From Copranaerobaculum intestinale (GTDB lineage Bacteria; Bacillota_I; Bacilli_A; Erysipelotrichales; Erysipelotrichaceae): a DNA stretch of 32,000 nucleotides. Positions 1-9,801 of this stretch are shown in pieces (the first letter of the stretch is position 1; each line of letters starts with the position of its first letter). Under the pieces are notes generated by a model. That model saw only the letters and a program-made list of their open reading frames with translations. It ran no database searches and had not been told where the DNA came from. A program made the position numbers and the translations under genes. Where the stretch lies: NCBI RefSeq assembly GCF_009831105.1, contig NZ_WUUQ01000002.1, forward strand, positions 660,001-692,000, written 5' to 3'.

Positions 1-1113
1 TGCCTTACCGATATCATGAAGCAGACCAGCCCGTTTTGCCAGGGTCTGATTCAATCCCAGCTCAGCTGCCATCATACCAGTTAAATTCGCTACTTCCATA
101 CAGTGCTGAAGCGCATTTTGTCCATATGAATAACGATACTTTAAGCGGCCGATCAGCTTGATGATCTCACGATCCATCTTGCCAAGTCCCAGCTTGAATA
201 CGGTATCTTCTCCGACCTTCAGCATATTCGCATTAATTTCCTTGCGGATCTTATTGACCACTTCTTCAATACGTCCTGGCTGGATCCGGCCGTCTTTAAT
301 TAAATGTTCCAGGGCCAGGCGCGCCACCTCACGGCGGATCGGATCAAAGCAGGATACCGTGATCGTTTCCGGTGTATCATCAATGATCAAATCGACGCCG
401 GTAGCCTGTTCAATGGCCTTGATATTACGTCCTTCACGGCCGATGATCCGGCCCTTCATTTCTTCGCTAGGCAGACTTACCACGGAAACAGTACGTTCCA
501 CCGCTTCATCCTGCGACATGCGCTGAATTGATAAAGCAACGATATTGCGCGCTTTTTCATCGGCAATGCTCTTTGCTTCCTCTTCCCGTTCCTTGATGTA
601 AGTAGCTGTTTCTGCCGCCATGCGCTCTTCCGTGATCGCAAACAATTCCTGTTTAGCCTCATTGGAAGTCATCTTCGCTACGCGCTCCAGTTCTTCTACC
701 TGCACATCGATTTTTGCCTGTAATTCCTTTTCTTTCTGCTCCAGCTTAGTCAGTTTATCGCTCAGCTGTACATTTTTGGCTTCTATTTGATTTTCTTTTG
801 TAGTCAAAGCCTCATCTCTGAAATTCAAATTATCTTCGCGGCGCAACAGCTTATTTTCCATATCGGTAATTTCCTGTTTACGTTCTTTAATTTCCTTTTC
901 CGCTGCAATTTTTAATTCATGAGTTTGTGTACGGCCGTCTAGGATTGCCTGTTTCACAATCGTATCTGCTTTTGCCTCTGTCTCTTTCAAAAGCAGTGAC
1001 GCCTTTTGCTGATCTTTATTTAAACCTGCTTTGGAGAGAACGATCATAACGATCACTCCAATGGCAAGACCTGCTAAGCCAGACAAAAAGATTATGATTA
1101 TACTATTATTCAT
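1..1113 (-). CDS. rny: Ribonuclease Y, N-terminal 371 codons; the C-terminus lies beyond the left window edge
   Basis: Hand translation of the minus strand from ATG at 1113-1111 gives [28 protein letters not shown] (membrane anchor), a long charged coiled-coil, the KH motif [17 protein letters not shown], and ends in the HD motif [10 protein letters not shown] at bases 30-1. GGAGGA RBS at 1124-1119. Not in the ORF track because no stop lies in the window. Downstream of recA, as in B. subtilis. Confidence 0.92.
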   Translation of the reverse strand, partial: MNNSIIIIFLSGLAGLAIGVIVMIVLSKAGLNKDQQKASLLLKETEAKADTIVKQAILDGRTQTHELKIAAEKEIKERKQEITDMENKLLRREDNLNFRDEALTTKENQIEAKNVQLSDKLTKLEQKEKELQAKIDVQVEELERVAKMTSNEAKQELFAITEERMAAETATYIKEREEEAKSIADEKARNIVALSIQRMSQDEAVERTVSVVSLPSEEMKGRIIGREGRNIKAIEQATGVDLIIDDTPETITVSCFDPIRREVARLALEHLIKDGRIQPGRIEEVVNKIRKEINANMLKVGEDTVFKLGLGKMDREIIKLIGRLKYRYSYGQNALQHCMEVANLTGMMAAELGLNQTLAKRAGLLHDIGKA

Positions 1114-1263
1114 AATCATCCTCCATTCGTCTTATTAAGGAAATTTATATTCCCTGATAATCATAACATAATTTGCGATCTCTGCACAATCATTATTCCC
1201 ATTTTATACCGATATCAATAGGTTTTTTTATCCTTTTTGACAGTACTGACATGGATTCAGCAC

Positions 1264-1290
1264 AAAATAAAAACCGGAATTTGATCCGGT
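1264..1290 (-). terminator. Rho-independent terminator of recA
   Basis: Minus strand reads TAA-ACCGGA-TCAAAT-TCCGGT-TTTTATTTT directly after the recA stop codon. Confidence 0.75.
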
Positions 1291-2316
1291 TTATGCTGGA
1301 GCAGTGAGCAATTCACGAATTTTAGCATCAATCAGCTCAACCAACTCAGGGTTGCCCTTCAGGAAAGCCTTCGCCGCTTCCCGGCCCTGTCCGATTTTCT
1401 CGCCGTTATATGAGAACCAAGCACCGCTTTTCATGATGATATCATGATCAACAGCCATATCAAGCACTTCTCCGATGTATGAAATACCCTCACCATACAT
1501 AATTTCAATCGAAGCTACCTTGAACGGCGGTGCTACCTTATTTTTCACAACTTTCACATTGACTTTGTTACCGATGATTTCAGTTCCGTTTTTAATTGCT
1601 TCGGAACGGCGGATATCCAAGCGAACGGAAGCATAGAACTTCAATGCACGACCACCCGGAGTAGTTTCCGGACTGCCGTACATCACGCCTACTTTCTCAC
1701 GCAGCTGATTGATGAAAATAGCCGTACATTCACTACGATTCATAACACCGGAGAGCTTACGCATCGCTTTGGACATCAAACGAGCCTGCAGCCCCACATG
1801 AGCATCGCTCATTTCGCCGTCAAGCTCGGCCTGCGGTACCAAGGCCGCAACAGAATCCACGACAACCAGATCAATGGCCCCGCTCTTAATCAGCATTTCG
1901 GTAATTTCCAGCGCCTGTTCACCACTGTCCGGCTGGGACAGAATCAGCTCATCAATATCCACCCCGAGATTTTTCGCGTAATTGGGATCAATGGCATTTT
2001 CCGCATCAATAAAGGCTGCCCGGCCGCCGCGCTTCTGCACTTCGGCAATTGCATGCAGCGCCAAGGTTGTCTTACCACTGGACTCAGGACCATAGATTTC
2101 AATGATACGACCTTTCGGATAACCGCCGATTCCCAACGCATCATCAATTTTGATGGAGCCGGAGGAGATGGCATCGATATCGACAGCAGCCCGATCCCCC
2201 AATTTCATGATGGAACCTTTCCCATACTGTTTTTCGATTTGCTTGATCGCATCATCAAGCAGCTGATTTCGTTTTACCAATTCCTTATCCTCTGCTGTTT
2301 TCTTTTCTGTAGCCAT
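1291..2316 (-). CDS. recA: Recombinase RecA
   Basis: Walker A motif [16 protein letters not shown] and a RecA-typical sequence throughout. Start placed at the second ATG (MATEKK), 7 nt after GAAGGAGA; the ATG at 2322 abuts the RBS. Confidence 0.97.
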   Translation of the reverse strand: MATEKKTAEDKELVKRNQLLDDAIKQIEKQYGKGSIMKLGDRAAVDIDAISSGSIKIDDALGIGGYPKGRIIEIYGPESSGKTTLALHAIAEVQKRGGRAAFIDAENAIDPNYAKNLGVDIDELILSQPDSGEQALEITEMLIKSGAIDLVVVDSVAALVPQAELDGEMSDAHVGLQARLMSKAMRKLSGVMNRSECTAIFINQLREKVGVMYGSPETTPGGRALKFYASVRLDIRRSEAIKNGTEIIGNKVNVKVVKNKVAPPFKVASIEIMYGEGISYIGEVLDMAVDHDIIMKSGAWFSYNGEKIGQGREAAKAFLKGNPELVELIDAKIRELLTAPA

Positions 2317-2361
2317 ACACATTCTCCTTCCCTTTCCTATACGTATAACCCTTCAAAAATC

Positions 2362-2820
2362 CTATTTCTGAAGAAATTTTTTAACCTGCTCTGCCATTTC
2401 TTCCACACACTTCATGCGTATTTCATTACGAGAACCATGCATTTGCAGGGTAAAGGTGACGGCTCGATCACCATCGGCAACCGCACCGCATACCATACCG
2501 GCCGGTTTGCCTTCCAGCACATCCGGACCGGCGTTTCCGCTGACGGAAACACAGAGATCACATCCCAGCAAAACCCGGGCTTTCACTGCCATCTGCAAAG
2601 CGGTCTCCTCGGACACGACCCCATACCGTTTTATCACATCGGTATCAACCTTCACCAAATCCGTTTTCACCGCCGTCTGATAAGTAACAATGGCCCCTCG
2701 CAGCACCTTGGAGGCACCGGGCATTGAGGCGAGGGTACTGGCAAACAGTCCGGCGGTCATACTTTCACAGGAACCGATCGTATAGCCAAGTTCCTTCAGC
2801 AATGTGAATAGTTCTTCCAT
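2362..2820 (-). CDS. cinA: CinA C-terminal domain only (PncC-type nicotinamide-nucleotide amidase), 152 aa
   Basis: MEELFTLLKELGYTIGSCESMTAGLFAS... matches the CinA/PncC C-terminal domain. There is no N-terminal MoCF-binding domain. The ATG overlaps the pgsA stop (TAATG). Position between pgsA and recA matches B. subtilis. Confidence 0.85.
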   Translation of the reverse strand: MEELFTLLKELGYTIGSCESMTAGLFASTLASMPGASKVLRGAIVTYQTAVKTDLVKVDTDVIKRYGVVSEETALQMAVKARVLLGCDLCVSVSGNAGPDVLEGKPAGMVCGAVADGDRAVTFTLQMHGSRNEIRMKCVEEMAEQVKKFLQK

Positions 2821-3413
2821 TATTTGCTCTCCAGAATAATATCTTTCAGCTGCATGAAATAACTGATACCGGAGATCACACTGACAATCGTTGCCAGCCA
2901 TAAAAAGAAGTCAGCCATTGGAAAGCGCATCAATTCAAACGGCAGATTATTCAGCAAAAACAATAGAATCGCCGTCATCTGGGTCACTGTTTTGATCTTT
3001 CCCAACATCCCCGCGGCTACGACCACGCCCTTGGAGCTGGCATTCATTCGCAGTCCGTCAACGATGACATCGCGCCAAATCATGATCAATACCGGCACTA
3101 CCGGCATGATTGAAGACGCCGCAAACAGTATCAGCATCGTATTTACCAATAATTTATCAGCGATCGGATCCATGAATTTGCCAAGTGATGTTACCAGATT
3201 ATGCTTACGCGCCAGATAACCATCCAGAAAATCCGTAAAAGAAGCCAGTGCGAAAAGCACCAGCACAATAATATTTGTTAAACGAAGCGATACAAATCCG
3301 ATTTGATATTCCGGAATGACAATTTGAAACTGCGCATAAGGAAAAATATAAATCAGCGCAATGACCGGCACCAAAGCGATTCGCAGCAGCGTTAATTTAT
3401 TCGGTACATTCAT
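2820..3413 (-). CDS. pgsA: CDP-diacylglycerol--glycerol-3-phosphate 3-phosphatidyltransferase
   Basis: CDP-alcohol phosphatidyltransferase motif DFLDGYLARKHNLVTSLGKFMDPIADK; polytopic membrane protein. Confidence 0.93.
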   Translation of the reverse strand: MNVPNKLTLLRIALVPVIALIYIFPYAQFQIVIPEYQIGFVSLRLTNIIVLVLFALASFTDFLDGYLARKHNLVTSLGKFMDPIADKLLVNTMLILFAASSIMPVVPVLIMIWRDVIVDGLRMNASSKGVVVAAGMLGKIKTVTQMTAILLFLLNNLPFELMRFPMADFFLWLATIVSVISGISYFMQLKDIILESK

Positions 3414-3416
3414 TTT

Positions 3417-4322
3417 CTACTGCCCCTTTTCATCAAAATACAAATTCGCCGGACTCGGATTGCCGGTAACCGTACTGTCTAATTTCACAGCAGTACCGTT
3501 GATTTTAATTTCATGTGCAGTCATATTGCCATAACGCAGCATGATCTGGGAACCGGCCTTAAAGGCAGTCTTATAGGTTGCCGTCTCTCCACTCTTATAT
3601 ATTTTGGAAGCAGGCTCGCCCTGCTGAACATTATCCAGGCTCAAAGCAAACCACACATCGGACTGAAAGGTCAATTCCATTGTCAGCTCATCGCCGTCCT
3701 TTAGTCCTGAAACCTCGAAATGATAGCCATCCGTCGTCTGCTTAATGGTTACCGCGTCGGCTTTTGGCTTAGCATCGTCAGGCTTGTCCTCTTTATCCTT
3801 TTCCTCGGGCTTCGGTTTTTCAACAACCGGTGCTGAATTGTCTTTGGGTGCATCACTTTTGCCAAGCTGGGGGAAGATATAAATAACGGCCAATACCAGA
3901 CACACAGCAATAACCGCTAGGATACCGATTAATGTAATCAAGGAGAAATCCGGCTTATGATGCTTTTTCACGCCCTTGATTGAAGCAGTCTGCATCGGCT
4001 TACTGATCGATTTCGCATTCTTGGCAACATTTGCTTCTATCTGTTCATGATCCTTCGCTACCTGCATCGTAAAGGTGGCGGTATAGTCATTTATCGACTC
4101 CTGAAGCATCGGTTTAATTTCATCAAAATCAATTCCCAGCACATCGCAATAGGAGCGTAAAAAATATCGAAGATAAGAAAGATCATCCTTAAAATAAGAG
4201 ATATCGCCTTCTTCGATGGCATGTATATATTTAATGGTCAGACGTGTTTTTGCTGATATTTCTTCTACGGTAAACCCTTTTTCCAGACGTTTTTCTTTTA
4301 ACAAGTTTCCGATTTTTTCCAT
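3417..4322 (-). CDS. rodZ: RodZ-like cytoskeleton protein (XRE-type HTH, one TM helix, C-terminal beta domain)
   Basis: N-terminal HTH LKEKRLEKGFTVEEISAKTRLTIKYIHAIEEGD, TM segment LITLIGILAVIAVCLVLAVIYIF, and a K/E/P/D-rich linker. Start at MEKIGN, 7 nt after GAGGTG. Same position as ymfM/rodZ in B. subtilis. Confidence 0.85.
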   Translation of the reverse strand: MEKIGNLLKEKRLEKGFTVEEISAKTRLTIKYIHAIEEGDISYFKDDLSYLRYFLRSYCDVLGIDFDEIKPMLQESINDYTATFTMQVAKDHEQIEANVAKNAKSISKPMQTASIKGVKKHHKPDFSLITLIGILAVIAVCLVLAVIYIFPQLGKSDAPKDNSAPVVEKPKPEEKDKEDKPDDAKPKADAVTIKQTTDGYHFEVSGLKDGDELTMELTFQSDVWFALSLDNVQQGEPASKIYKSGETATYKTAFKAGSQIMLRYGNMTAHEIKINGTAVKLDSTVTGNPSPANLYFDEKGQ

Positions 4323-4380
4323 AGTACACCTCATTAGAATCTATTATTTATTATTATACCAATCTAAACAGAATATGTAA

Positions 4381-4411
4381 ATTATAAAAGGGGAAATCAT
4401 ATGTTTCCCCT
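4381..4411 (-). terminator. Rho-independent terminator following rnpB
   Basis: Minus strand AGGGGAAA-CATATGA-TTTCCCCT followed by TTTATAATTT. Confidence 0.7.
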
Positions 4412-4413
4412 TA

Positions 4414-4775
4414 CTTTCACACGTTATAAGCCATGTTCTGTACTTCCCGCTCAGGAAGTGGCAGCCATTTATCTACATATTGCTATGTCCCGGAGTTCTT
4501 TTCGGTTCAATCCTCCAGGTTCCCCTACCAAATTTGGGTTTCTCGCTTGCGGGGTTTACCCGTTCCATCTGCACAGTTTCCCATGCAGCTCGTCTCTGTG
4601 GCACTTTTACAGAAGTGTTTCCTTAGTGAATCACCTTAGGATAGCTTCGGCCGTCAGGCTTTCGCCTGCCTGGACTTATCGTTTGATCCAGCGCAAACAC
4701 TACCGTCATCACAGACGGTGCGAGCATGGACTTTCCTCTAGCTGATATCAGCCAGCGACTGCCAACGTGTTGTAA
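4414..4775 (-). ncRNA. rnpB: RNase P RNA, type B (Bacillus-like); ends are accurate to about 10 nt
   Basis: The minus strand carries the universal and type B blocks GAGGAAAGTCCATGCTCGCAC, AAAGTGCCACAGAGACGA, GGAACGGGTAAACCCCGCAAGCGAGAAACCCAAATTTGGTAGGGGAACC and ACAGAACATGGCTTATAACGTGTG. The P1 helix pairs ACACGTT with AACGTGT. Next to gpsB, as in B. subtilis. Confidence 0.95.
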
Positions 4776-4778
4776 ATA

Positions 4779-5099
4779 TTACTGATTGCTTTTCTTGAAT
4801 ACTTCGTTTTCCAGCCGGGACAACCGTTTCAGGATATCCACCTGGCTGCCCTGCGGCAGTTCCCCATTAACAGCATTCTTACCTTCCAGCTCTACAATTT
4901 TAGCCTTTAAGGCATTGATCTGACGTTCATATTCATTCAAATGACTTCCCAGCTCAGCAATCGCCTCATTATACTGCTGATAATCAGCCATTACCAAATC
5001 GAGAAACTCATCCACTTCAACAGAGGAATAGCCCTTGAAATCCACATTGAACTGTTTATCCAGAATTTCTTCCACTGTCAATTTATAGCGTTTTTCCAT
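4779..5099 (-). CDS. gpsB: Cell-cycle protein GpsB (DivIVA-domain), 106 aa
   Basis: MEKRYKLTVEEILDKQFNVDFKGYSSVEVDEFLD is the DivIVA/GpsB N-terminal domain, followed by a coiled-coil tail. Start at the internal ATG after AGGTGA; the longer track ORF (to 5246) has no RBS and runs into the recU start. Confidence 0.9.
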   Translation of the reverse strand: MEKRYKLTVEEILDKQFNVDFKGYSSVEVDEFLDLVMADYQQYNEAIAELGSHLNEYERQINALKAKIVELEGKNAVNGELPQGSQVDILKRLSRLENEVFKKSNQ

Positions 5100-5123
5100 T
5101 TCTATTTCACCTGCCACACGTAT

Positions 5124-5152
5124 AGTATCACAAAAATCATGTGAAAAAGCAA
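5124..5152 (-). promoter_or_regulatory. Putative sigma-A promoter of gpsB
   Basis: Minus strand TTGCTT, 17 nt, then TGtGATACT (extended -10), about 25 nt upstream of the gpsB ATG. Confidence 0.4.
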
Positions 5153-5183
5153 GCGAAAAAAACGATGAACTTACGGGCATTAG

Positions 5184-5212
5184 TGGAAATATAAAAGAAA
5201 ATTGTTTATAAT
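5184..5212 (+). promoter_or_regulatory. Putative sigma-A promoter of recU-ponA
   Basis: TGGAAA, 17 nt, TATAAT, lying 18 nt upstream of the recU ATG with an AAAGGGTGA RBS. Confidence 0.45.
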
Positions 5213-5229
5213 AGGGAAAGGGTGATGCT

Positions 5230-5823
5230 ATGATCGGATATCCCAATAAGAAAAGCCCTGCTATTAAGCAGAGCTCCCCTACTACTTATCAGGGGCGAGG
5301 CATGAGCTTAGAACACGATCTCAATATCAGCAATACATATTATCGAGAAGTGAAACGGGCACTGATTCATAAAAAGCCGACGCCGGTGCAGGTGGTAAGA
5401 GTGGATTATCCCAGCCGTAACTGTGCTAAAATTGTAGAGGCGTATTACAAAACGCCCAGTACAACGGATTATAATGGCATTTACCGCGGACGGGCGATTG
5501 ACTTTGAAGCGAAAGAGACAAAGCAGAAAACGCTGTTTCCCATGAAGTATATTCATGAACATCAGATACATCATCTGGAACAGGTGCTGTATCACGGCGG
5601 CATTGGCTTTGTGATCATTCGCTTTATTCATTACAATGAGACGTATGTACTCGATGCCCAGATCATGATTGACTGCTATCGTGATGAAAACCGTAAATCC
5701 ATCACCTATCAAGAGGTGAAAAAACAGGGTCTGTTGATTCGTGAGGGACTCACTCCTCGTCTTCGTTATTTAGATGCTGTCGACGAGCTGTATTTCAAGG
5801 AGGCTAACAACCATGAACGATAA
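5230..5823 (+). CDS. recU: Holliday-junction resolvase RecU
   Basis: RecU-typical sequence (PTPVQVVRVDYP, DYNGIYRGRAIDFEAKET, HLEQV). Overlaps the downstream PBP1 gene, as in the conserved recU-ponA operon. Confidence 0.92.
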   Translation: MIGYPNKKSPAIKQSSPTTYQGRGMSLEHDLNISNTYYREVKRALIHKKPTPVQVVRVDYPSRNCAKIVEAYYKTPSTTDYNGIYRGRAIDFEAKETKQKTLFPMKYIHEHQIHHLEQVLYHGGIGFVIIRFIHYNETYVLDAQIMIDCYRDENRKSITYQEVKKQGLLIREGLTPRLRYLDAVDELYFKEANNHER

Positions 5824-8500
5824 GAAAAAAATAAAAAATGATAAGACAAAGGCACCTCGCAAGCGGATGTCAAAGCGCCGCATTCTCAACTCCGTGGTAA
5901 TCGTATTTTTATCACTGGTGCTGATCGGCGGTGTGACAACCTTTTTCATTTTAAATCAGGTCATCAATGATGCTCCTGCTTTGGATGCGAGTTCTTTAAA
6001 ATCCGGAGAAGCTACTCAATTATATGATAAGGATGGAAAAGCCTTTACTTCACTGGGTAATGAAAATCGAAAAAACATTAAATATGAGGATCTGCCCCAG
6101 AGTGTTATCGATGCATTTCTGTCGATCGAAGATTCCCGTTTCTTTGAACATAATGGATTTGATCTTCCCCGCTTTATGAAAGCGGCAATGGAAAACCTGT
6201 CGGCTGGTAATTTGGGACAGGGCGGCTCCACTTTGACCATGCAGCTGATTGATAACGCAATCATGACAAAGCTGGAAAAAACAGATCCGGCAACCTCATC
6301 AATAAAAAAGATCGAGCGTAAAATTCAGGAAATCTGGCTGAGCTTGAAGCTTGAAAAGGATTCTTCCAAACAAGAAATTATGGTCGATTATCTGAATAAA
6401 GTAAACTTCGGTAACGCCGCCCGCGGTATTCAGCGCGGTGCCGAATACTATTTCGGCAAGGACGTACAGGATCTGACCCTTTCTGAATCTGCCTTTTTGG
6501 CCGGGGTCATCAATGCTCCTAATACATACAACCCGTATAAGAGCGCTGTCTATAACTATACGACCAAAGATTGGACCGATCATTACCAATTGGCGGAGCA
6601 GCGCCGCAACCAAACTTTAAAGCTGATGAACTATCATGGCTTCATAACCGATGAAGAATACAAATTAGCAAAATCAACGAAGCTGGCATTCCAGCTGAAC
6701 GGCGAAAAAACGTTTAACACAGATCCTTATCAGGGTTATATCGATACCGTACAAAAAGAAGTCCTAGAGTTGACAAACGGCAAGGTGGACATCAATACCG
6801 GCGGATATAAAGTATATACCGGTATGGACCTTGGAGCGCAGGAGCTGGCTGATTCTATTTTAAACGGTACCGCTGACATCAATTATCCGGATGATTCCTA
6901 TTTCCAGACCGGCTTTACCCTGATGAATAATCAGACCGGTGAGATTATCGCTGTCGGAGCCGGACGTAACTATACCGGCGATGAGCGGACAAACTACGCA
7001 AATGATATGCGGCAGCCTGGTTCCAGCATCAAGCCGCTGCTGGATTATGCTCCTACCTTTGATTACCTAGGCTGGGCAACATCCATGACACTGGAAGATA
7101 CGCCGATGACGTATCGCGGGACCAATATTCCATTATATAACTACAGCCGTACCAATGTCGGAGACGTGACAATGGGCGATGCGGTTGCTCACTCTCTCAA
7201 CACCACGGCAATGCAGTCACTCGAAGAGCTTGTCGATAAAGTCGGGGTTGAAAAAATGCAGCAACTGATGATCGATATGGGCTTTGATAAAGATATTGTT
7301 AAGGATTTCGATCTCGGTTATTCAATCGGCGGTTCCAATATGCAGACGACAACCAAGCAAATGGCTGGTGCCTACTCCATCTTTGCCAATGGCGGTAAGT
7401 ACATTACTCCGCATACGGTACGCAAAGTTGTGGATACCAAAACCGGAAAAGTGGTTGCCGAAACCGATTATGCAAATAAAACAAAACAGGTCATCTCCGG
7501 TGATGCAGCCTTCATGATGTCGGATCTGCTGAAAAACGCGGTTGACGGCAACTGGAACAACCTGCTTCAAATTCTGCGCAGCAACTATCCGGTTTATGCT
7601 AAGAGTGGTACCAGTGACTGGGGTACGGAAGGCTCTGTTTATGGAATCCCTACCGCCGCCATGAAAGATAAATGGATCTGTGCCTACACCAGCAACTATA
7701 CGATAGCGACCTGGGCAGGTTATGAAAATAAAGTAAGTGATCCGGCTTCCATTAATTATGTAACCGATGCGGTGATGAATATGAACGTGCCGGGACAGAT
7801 ATCTCATAAGATGCTTGACTATATGTCGACCCAAACGAATCTTTCGGCGATTCAACAGCCGAGCACAGTTACAAAAATCACGCATATCAAGGGCTTGTAT
7901 CCGTATACTGCCGCTCCGGAAGGAACTCCTTCGGACATGCTGATCACCGGATACATCCGTTCTAAATTTGCGAAACTGGCAAGTGCTCCAAGTGCCGATC
8001 AATTATCAGCTCCAAGCAGCTTTACCGCAAAATTGACCGACAGCACTTCCGATACATTAGAATTAAAGTTTGCGGCGTATCCGGATGCGGATAAACTAAA
8101 AGAGGGATCGCACACGAAAACCTTTACCCGCAATGGCATCAAATGGTCCGGACATGCCTTCTATGATCCGACCGATTTGTTTGGCCGTGTCATGTATAAA
8201 GTAGATGTTACGATTGACGGATCAAAAGTAGGAACCTACTCCTTCGATAAAGAATCCGCTACACAAACAATTCCGATACCTGCTGGCAAAACCGCTAAGG
8301 TCTGCGGCTATTACGGATATAAAAATACGACTAACGGACAAAGCAGTTCAGTTTGTGTGAACGTAACCAGGGATGCAGATACTGAGGAACCTGATCCTAC
8401 ACCAGACCCTGATCCAAATCCAAATCCGGATGACAACACCAATCAAAATGGCAAAACATTATACAATGTGTTCACCTATCTCTATAAGCGAATCAGTTAA
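5813..8500 (+). CDS. ponA: Class A penicillin-binding protein PBP1A/1B (bifunctional glycosyltransferase/transpeptidase) with a long C-terminal extension
   Basis: GT51 motifs EDSRFFEHNGFD and GGSTLTMQL. Transpeptidase motifs SSIKP (SxxK), HSLN (SxN) and KSGT (KTG-like). N-terminal TM anchor. Start at MNDKKK, after AGGAGG. Confidence 0.95.
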   Translation: MNDKKKIKNDKTKAPRKRMSKRRILNSVVIVFLSLVLIGGVTTFFILNQVINDAPALDASSLKSGEATQLYDKDGKAFTSLGNENRKNIKYEDLPQSVIDAFLSIEDSRFFEHNGFDLPRFMKAAMENLSAGNLGQGGSTLTMQLIDNAIMTKLEKTDPATSSIKKIERKIQEIWLSLKLEKDSSKQEIMVDYLNKVNFGNAARGIQRGAEYYFGKDVQDLTLSESAFLAGVINAPNTYNPYKSAVYNYTTKDWTDHYQLAEQRRNQTLKLMNYHGFITDEEYKLAKSTKLAFQLNGEKTFNTDPYQGYIDTVQKEVLELTNGKVDINTGGYKVYTGMDLGAQELADSILNGTADINYPDDSYFQTGFTLMNNQTGEIIAVGAGRNYTGDERTNYANDMRQPGSSIKPLLDYAPTFDYLGWATSMTLEDTPMTYRGTNIPLYNYSRTNVGDVTMGDAVAHSLNTTAMQSLEELVDKVGVEKMQQLMIDMGFDKDIVKDFDLGYSIGGSNMQTTTKQMAGAYSIFANGGKYITPHTVRKVVDTKTGKVVAETDYANKTKQVISGDAAFMMSDLLKNAVDGNWNNLLQILRSNYPVYAKSGTSDWGTEGSVYGIPTAAMKDKWICAYTSNYTIATWAGYENKVSDPASINYVTDAVMNMNVPGQISHKMLDYMSTQTNLSAIQQPSTVTKITHIKGLYPYTAAPEGTPSDMLITGYIRSKFAKLASAPSADQLSAPSSFTAKLTDSTSDTLELKFAAYPDADKLKEGSHTKTFTRNGIKWSGHAFYDPTDLFGRVMYKVDVTIDGSKVGTYSFDKESATQTIPIPAGKTAKVCGYYGYKNTTNGQSSSVCVNVTRDADTEEPDPTPDPDPNPNPDDNTNQNGKTLYNVFTYLYKRIS

Positions 8501-8555
8501 TTAAAAAACACGCAGTTTATCCATGATATGCAATCAGAATTCATATCACCGATAG

Positions 8556-8580
8556 CTGCTTTTTTTTACCGCAAAAGCAG
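8556..8580. other. Stem-loop in the ponA/nth convergent spacer (possible ponA terminator, no clean U-tract)
   Basis: CTGCTTTT-TTTTACCGC-AAAAGCAG. Confidence 0.3.
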
Positions 8581-8585
8581 AAGAT

Positions 8586-8612
8586 TAAAAAAGGACAGAT
8601 TGTTTCTGTCCC
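8586..8612 (-). terminator. Rho-independent terminator of nth
   Basis: Minus strand GGACAGA-AACAA-TCTGTCC followed by TTTTTTAATC, 6 nt after the nth stop. Confidence 0.75.
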
Positions 8613-8617
8613 ATCTA

Positions 8618-9262
8618 TCAGCCTTTTGTCTTACGGTATGCTTCCAGTTTATCTTTCTTGCAGAAGGAGACAAACGGACAGCCTTCACACTGAGGATTTC
8701 TGGCAGTACACATATATCGTCCAAAAAAGATGAACAGATGATGCGCACGGTTCCAACGTTCACGCTTGATCTTGCGCTTCAGCTTTGTTTCCACTGTTTC
8801 TACGCTATCCTGTACTTTGGCAAGACCCAACCGTTTGGATATGCGCTCTACATGTGTATCCACAGCCAGTGCCGGGATATCAAACCAGACACTGCGAACA
8901 ACATTCGCCGTTTTGCGTCCTACCCCGGAAAGCGACGTCAGATCTTTCATGCTGCTAGGCACCTCACCCTGAAAATGTTCCATTAAAGACTGAGCCAGTC
9001 CGATGATCATTCGAGATTTATTATGATAGAGGCCGATTGTTTTAATATATCCCTCCACCGCTTTTACATCTGCCATAGCCATCGTGCCTGCATCCGGGTA
9101 TCGTTCAAACAGAGCTGGTGTAACCCGATTTACAGACTGATCCGTTGTTTGGGCAGATAATACCACCGCTACAATTAATTGAAAAGCATTTTGATGATAC
9201 AGTTCACATTCCGCGTTTGGAAAGCGTTCCTCCAGAAGATCCAGAATTTCATCCGTTGTCAT
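8618..9262 (-). CDS. nth: Endonuclease III (DNA glycosylase/AP lyase)
   Basis: HhH-GPD motif LTSLSGVGRKTANVV and 4Fe-4S cluster loop CTARNPQCEGCPFVSFC. Start at MTTDEIL, overlapping the dnaD stop (TAATG). Confidence 0.94.
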   Translation of the reverse strand: MTTDEILDLLEERFPNAECELYHQNAFQLIVAVVLSAQTTDQSVNRVTPALFERYPDAGTMAMADVKAVEGYIKTIGLYHNKSRMIIGLAQSLMEHFQGEVPSSMKDLTSLSGVGRKTANVVRSVWFDIPALAVDTHVERISKRLGLAKVQDSVETVETKLKRKIKRERWNRAHHLFIFFGRYMCTARNPQCEGCPFVSFCKKDKLEAYRKTKG

Positions 9263-9801
9263 TATCGTTCCCCCCGTTCCAATTGTTCTGCGTTTAATCC
9301 CCGCCGTTTCCATTCCGCTAAGATGCGGTCAATATAATCAAGACTGCGCGTATTGTATAAATCCGCTTCCCGCAGCGCGTATTCAATCATGGCCTGTTCA
9401 TACGTCTGCATCCATTCTGCAATGCGCTGCATTTCAACTGATGACAGTGGTCTTGCAAACACCGACTCGAACATATCGAACAATGATTCACTGATGGTGA
9501 CAGAAGGTTTCCTTTGTTCTTCAAAAATTCCGTCGATTGAAAATTCAATCGTTCCCTGCTGATAAAGAATTTGTAAGTATCCCTTATTTACCAGGGTTGA
9601 GAGTAATTCATCCACTTCCTGATCATCAATCTTCAGCTTGGCCGCCAGCACGGCATGTGAAATAATTAAGCGGTGCTCATTCATAAAATCAATCAATAGG
9701 AGAATCATGCCCTCCTGTGCTGTCAAGGTTAATGATTCAAAACGATCCAGCAAAAAATCCCTGCGATTGACAAAACGCTGGGTCCACCATTTCTCACTCA
9801 T
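9262..9801 (-). CDS. dnaD: DnaD-domain replication initiation / membrane attachment protein
   Basis: Winged-helix N-terminal part plus the C-terminal DnaD/DnaB-2 motif SLDYIDRILAEWKRRGL. The dnaD-nth pairing matches B. subtilis. Confidence 0.85.
   Translation of the reverse strand: MSEKWWTQRFVNRRDFLLDRFESLTLTAQEGMILLLIDFMNEHRLIISHAVLAAKLKIDDQEVDELLSTLVNKGYLQILYQQGTIEFSIDGIFEEQRKPSVTISESLFDMFESVFARPLSSVEMQRIAEWMQTYEQAMIEYALREADLYNTRSLDYIDRILAEWKRRGLNAEQLERGER

Noticed and set aside
158-662. Plus- and minus-strand ORFs of 61-122 aa at the left edge.
   Set aside because: They lie inside or antisense to the RNase Y reading frame, which is open across 1-1113 and has KH and HD motifs. The track misses rny only because its stop is outside the window.
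2338-2347. 10-bp palindrome TATACGTATA in the cinA-recA spacer, considered as a LexA (Cheo) box.
   Set aside because: It does not match GAAC-N4-GTTC. It is an AT-rich palindrome that could arise by chance or be part of a -10 element. No SOS box could be supported from sequence.
1798-2727. 309-aa plus-strand ORF (with further ORFs at 1944-2174 and 2414-2680) spanning recA and cinA.
   Set aside because: It is antisense to two genes with unmistakable family motifs. Its translation is low-complexity with no RBS or recognisable domain, the typical shadow ORF of a coding strand.
4401-4745. Two plus-strand ORFs (114 and 68 aa) between rodZ and gpsB.
   Set aside because: The region is the reverse complement of a type B RNase P RNA with all conserved blocks, so the ORFs are artefacts.
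7322-8002. 226-aa minus-strand ORF inside ponA, with similar antisense ORFs at 6016-6613, 11335-12525, 15086-16417, 16841-17548, 19199-19921, 21707-22801 and 22759-24242.
   Set aside because: All are embedded opposite well-supported genes. They lack an RBS and have Arg/Ser/His-rich shadow-frame composition.
8384-8450. Repetitive CCnGAn/CCAAAT DNA, considered as a tandem repeat or contingency locus.
   Set aside because: It is an imperfect, in-frame run encoding the PD/PN low-complexity tail of PBP1A. There are no exact repeat units that would promote slippage.
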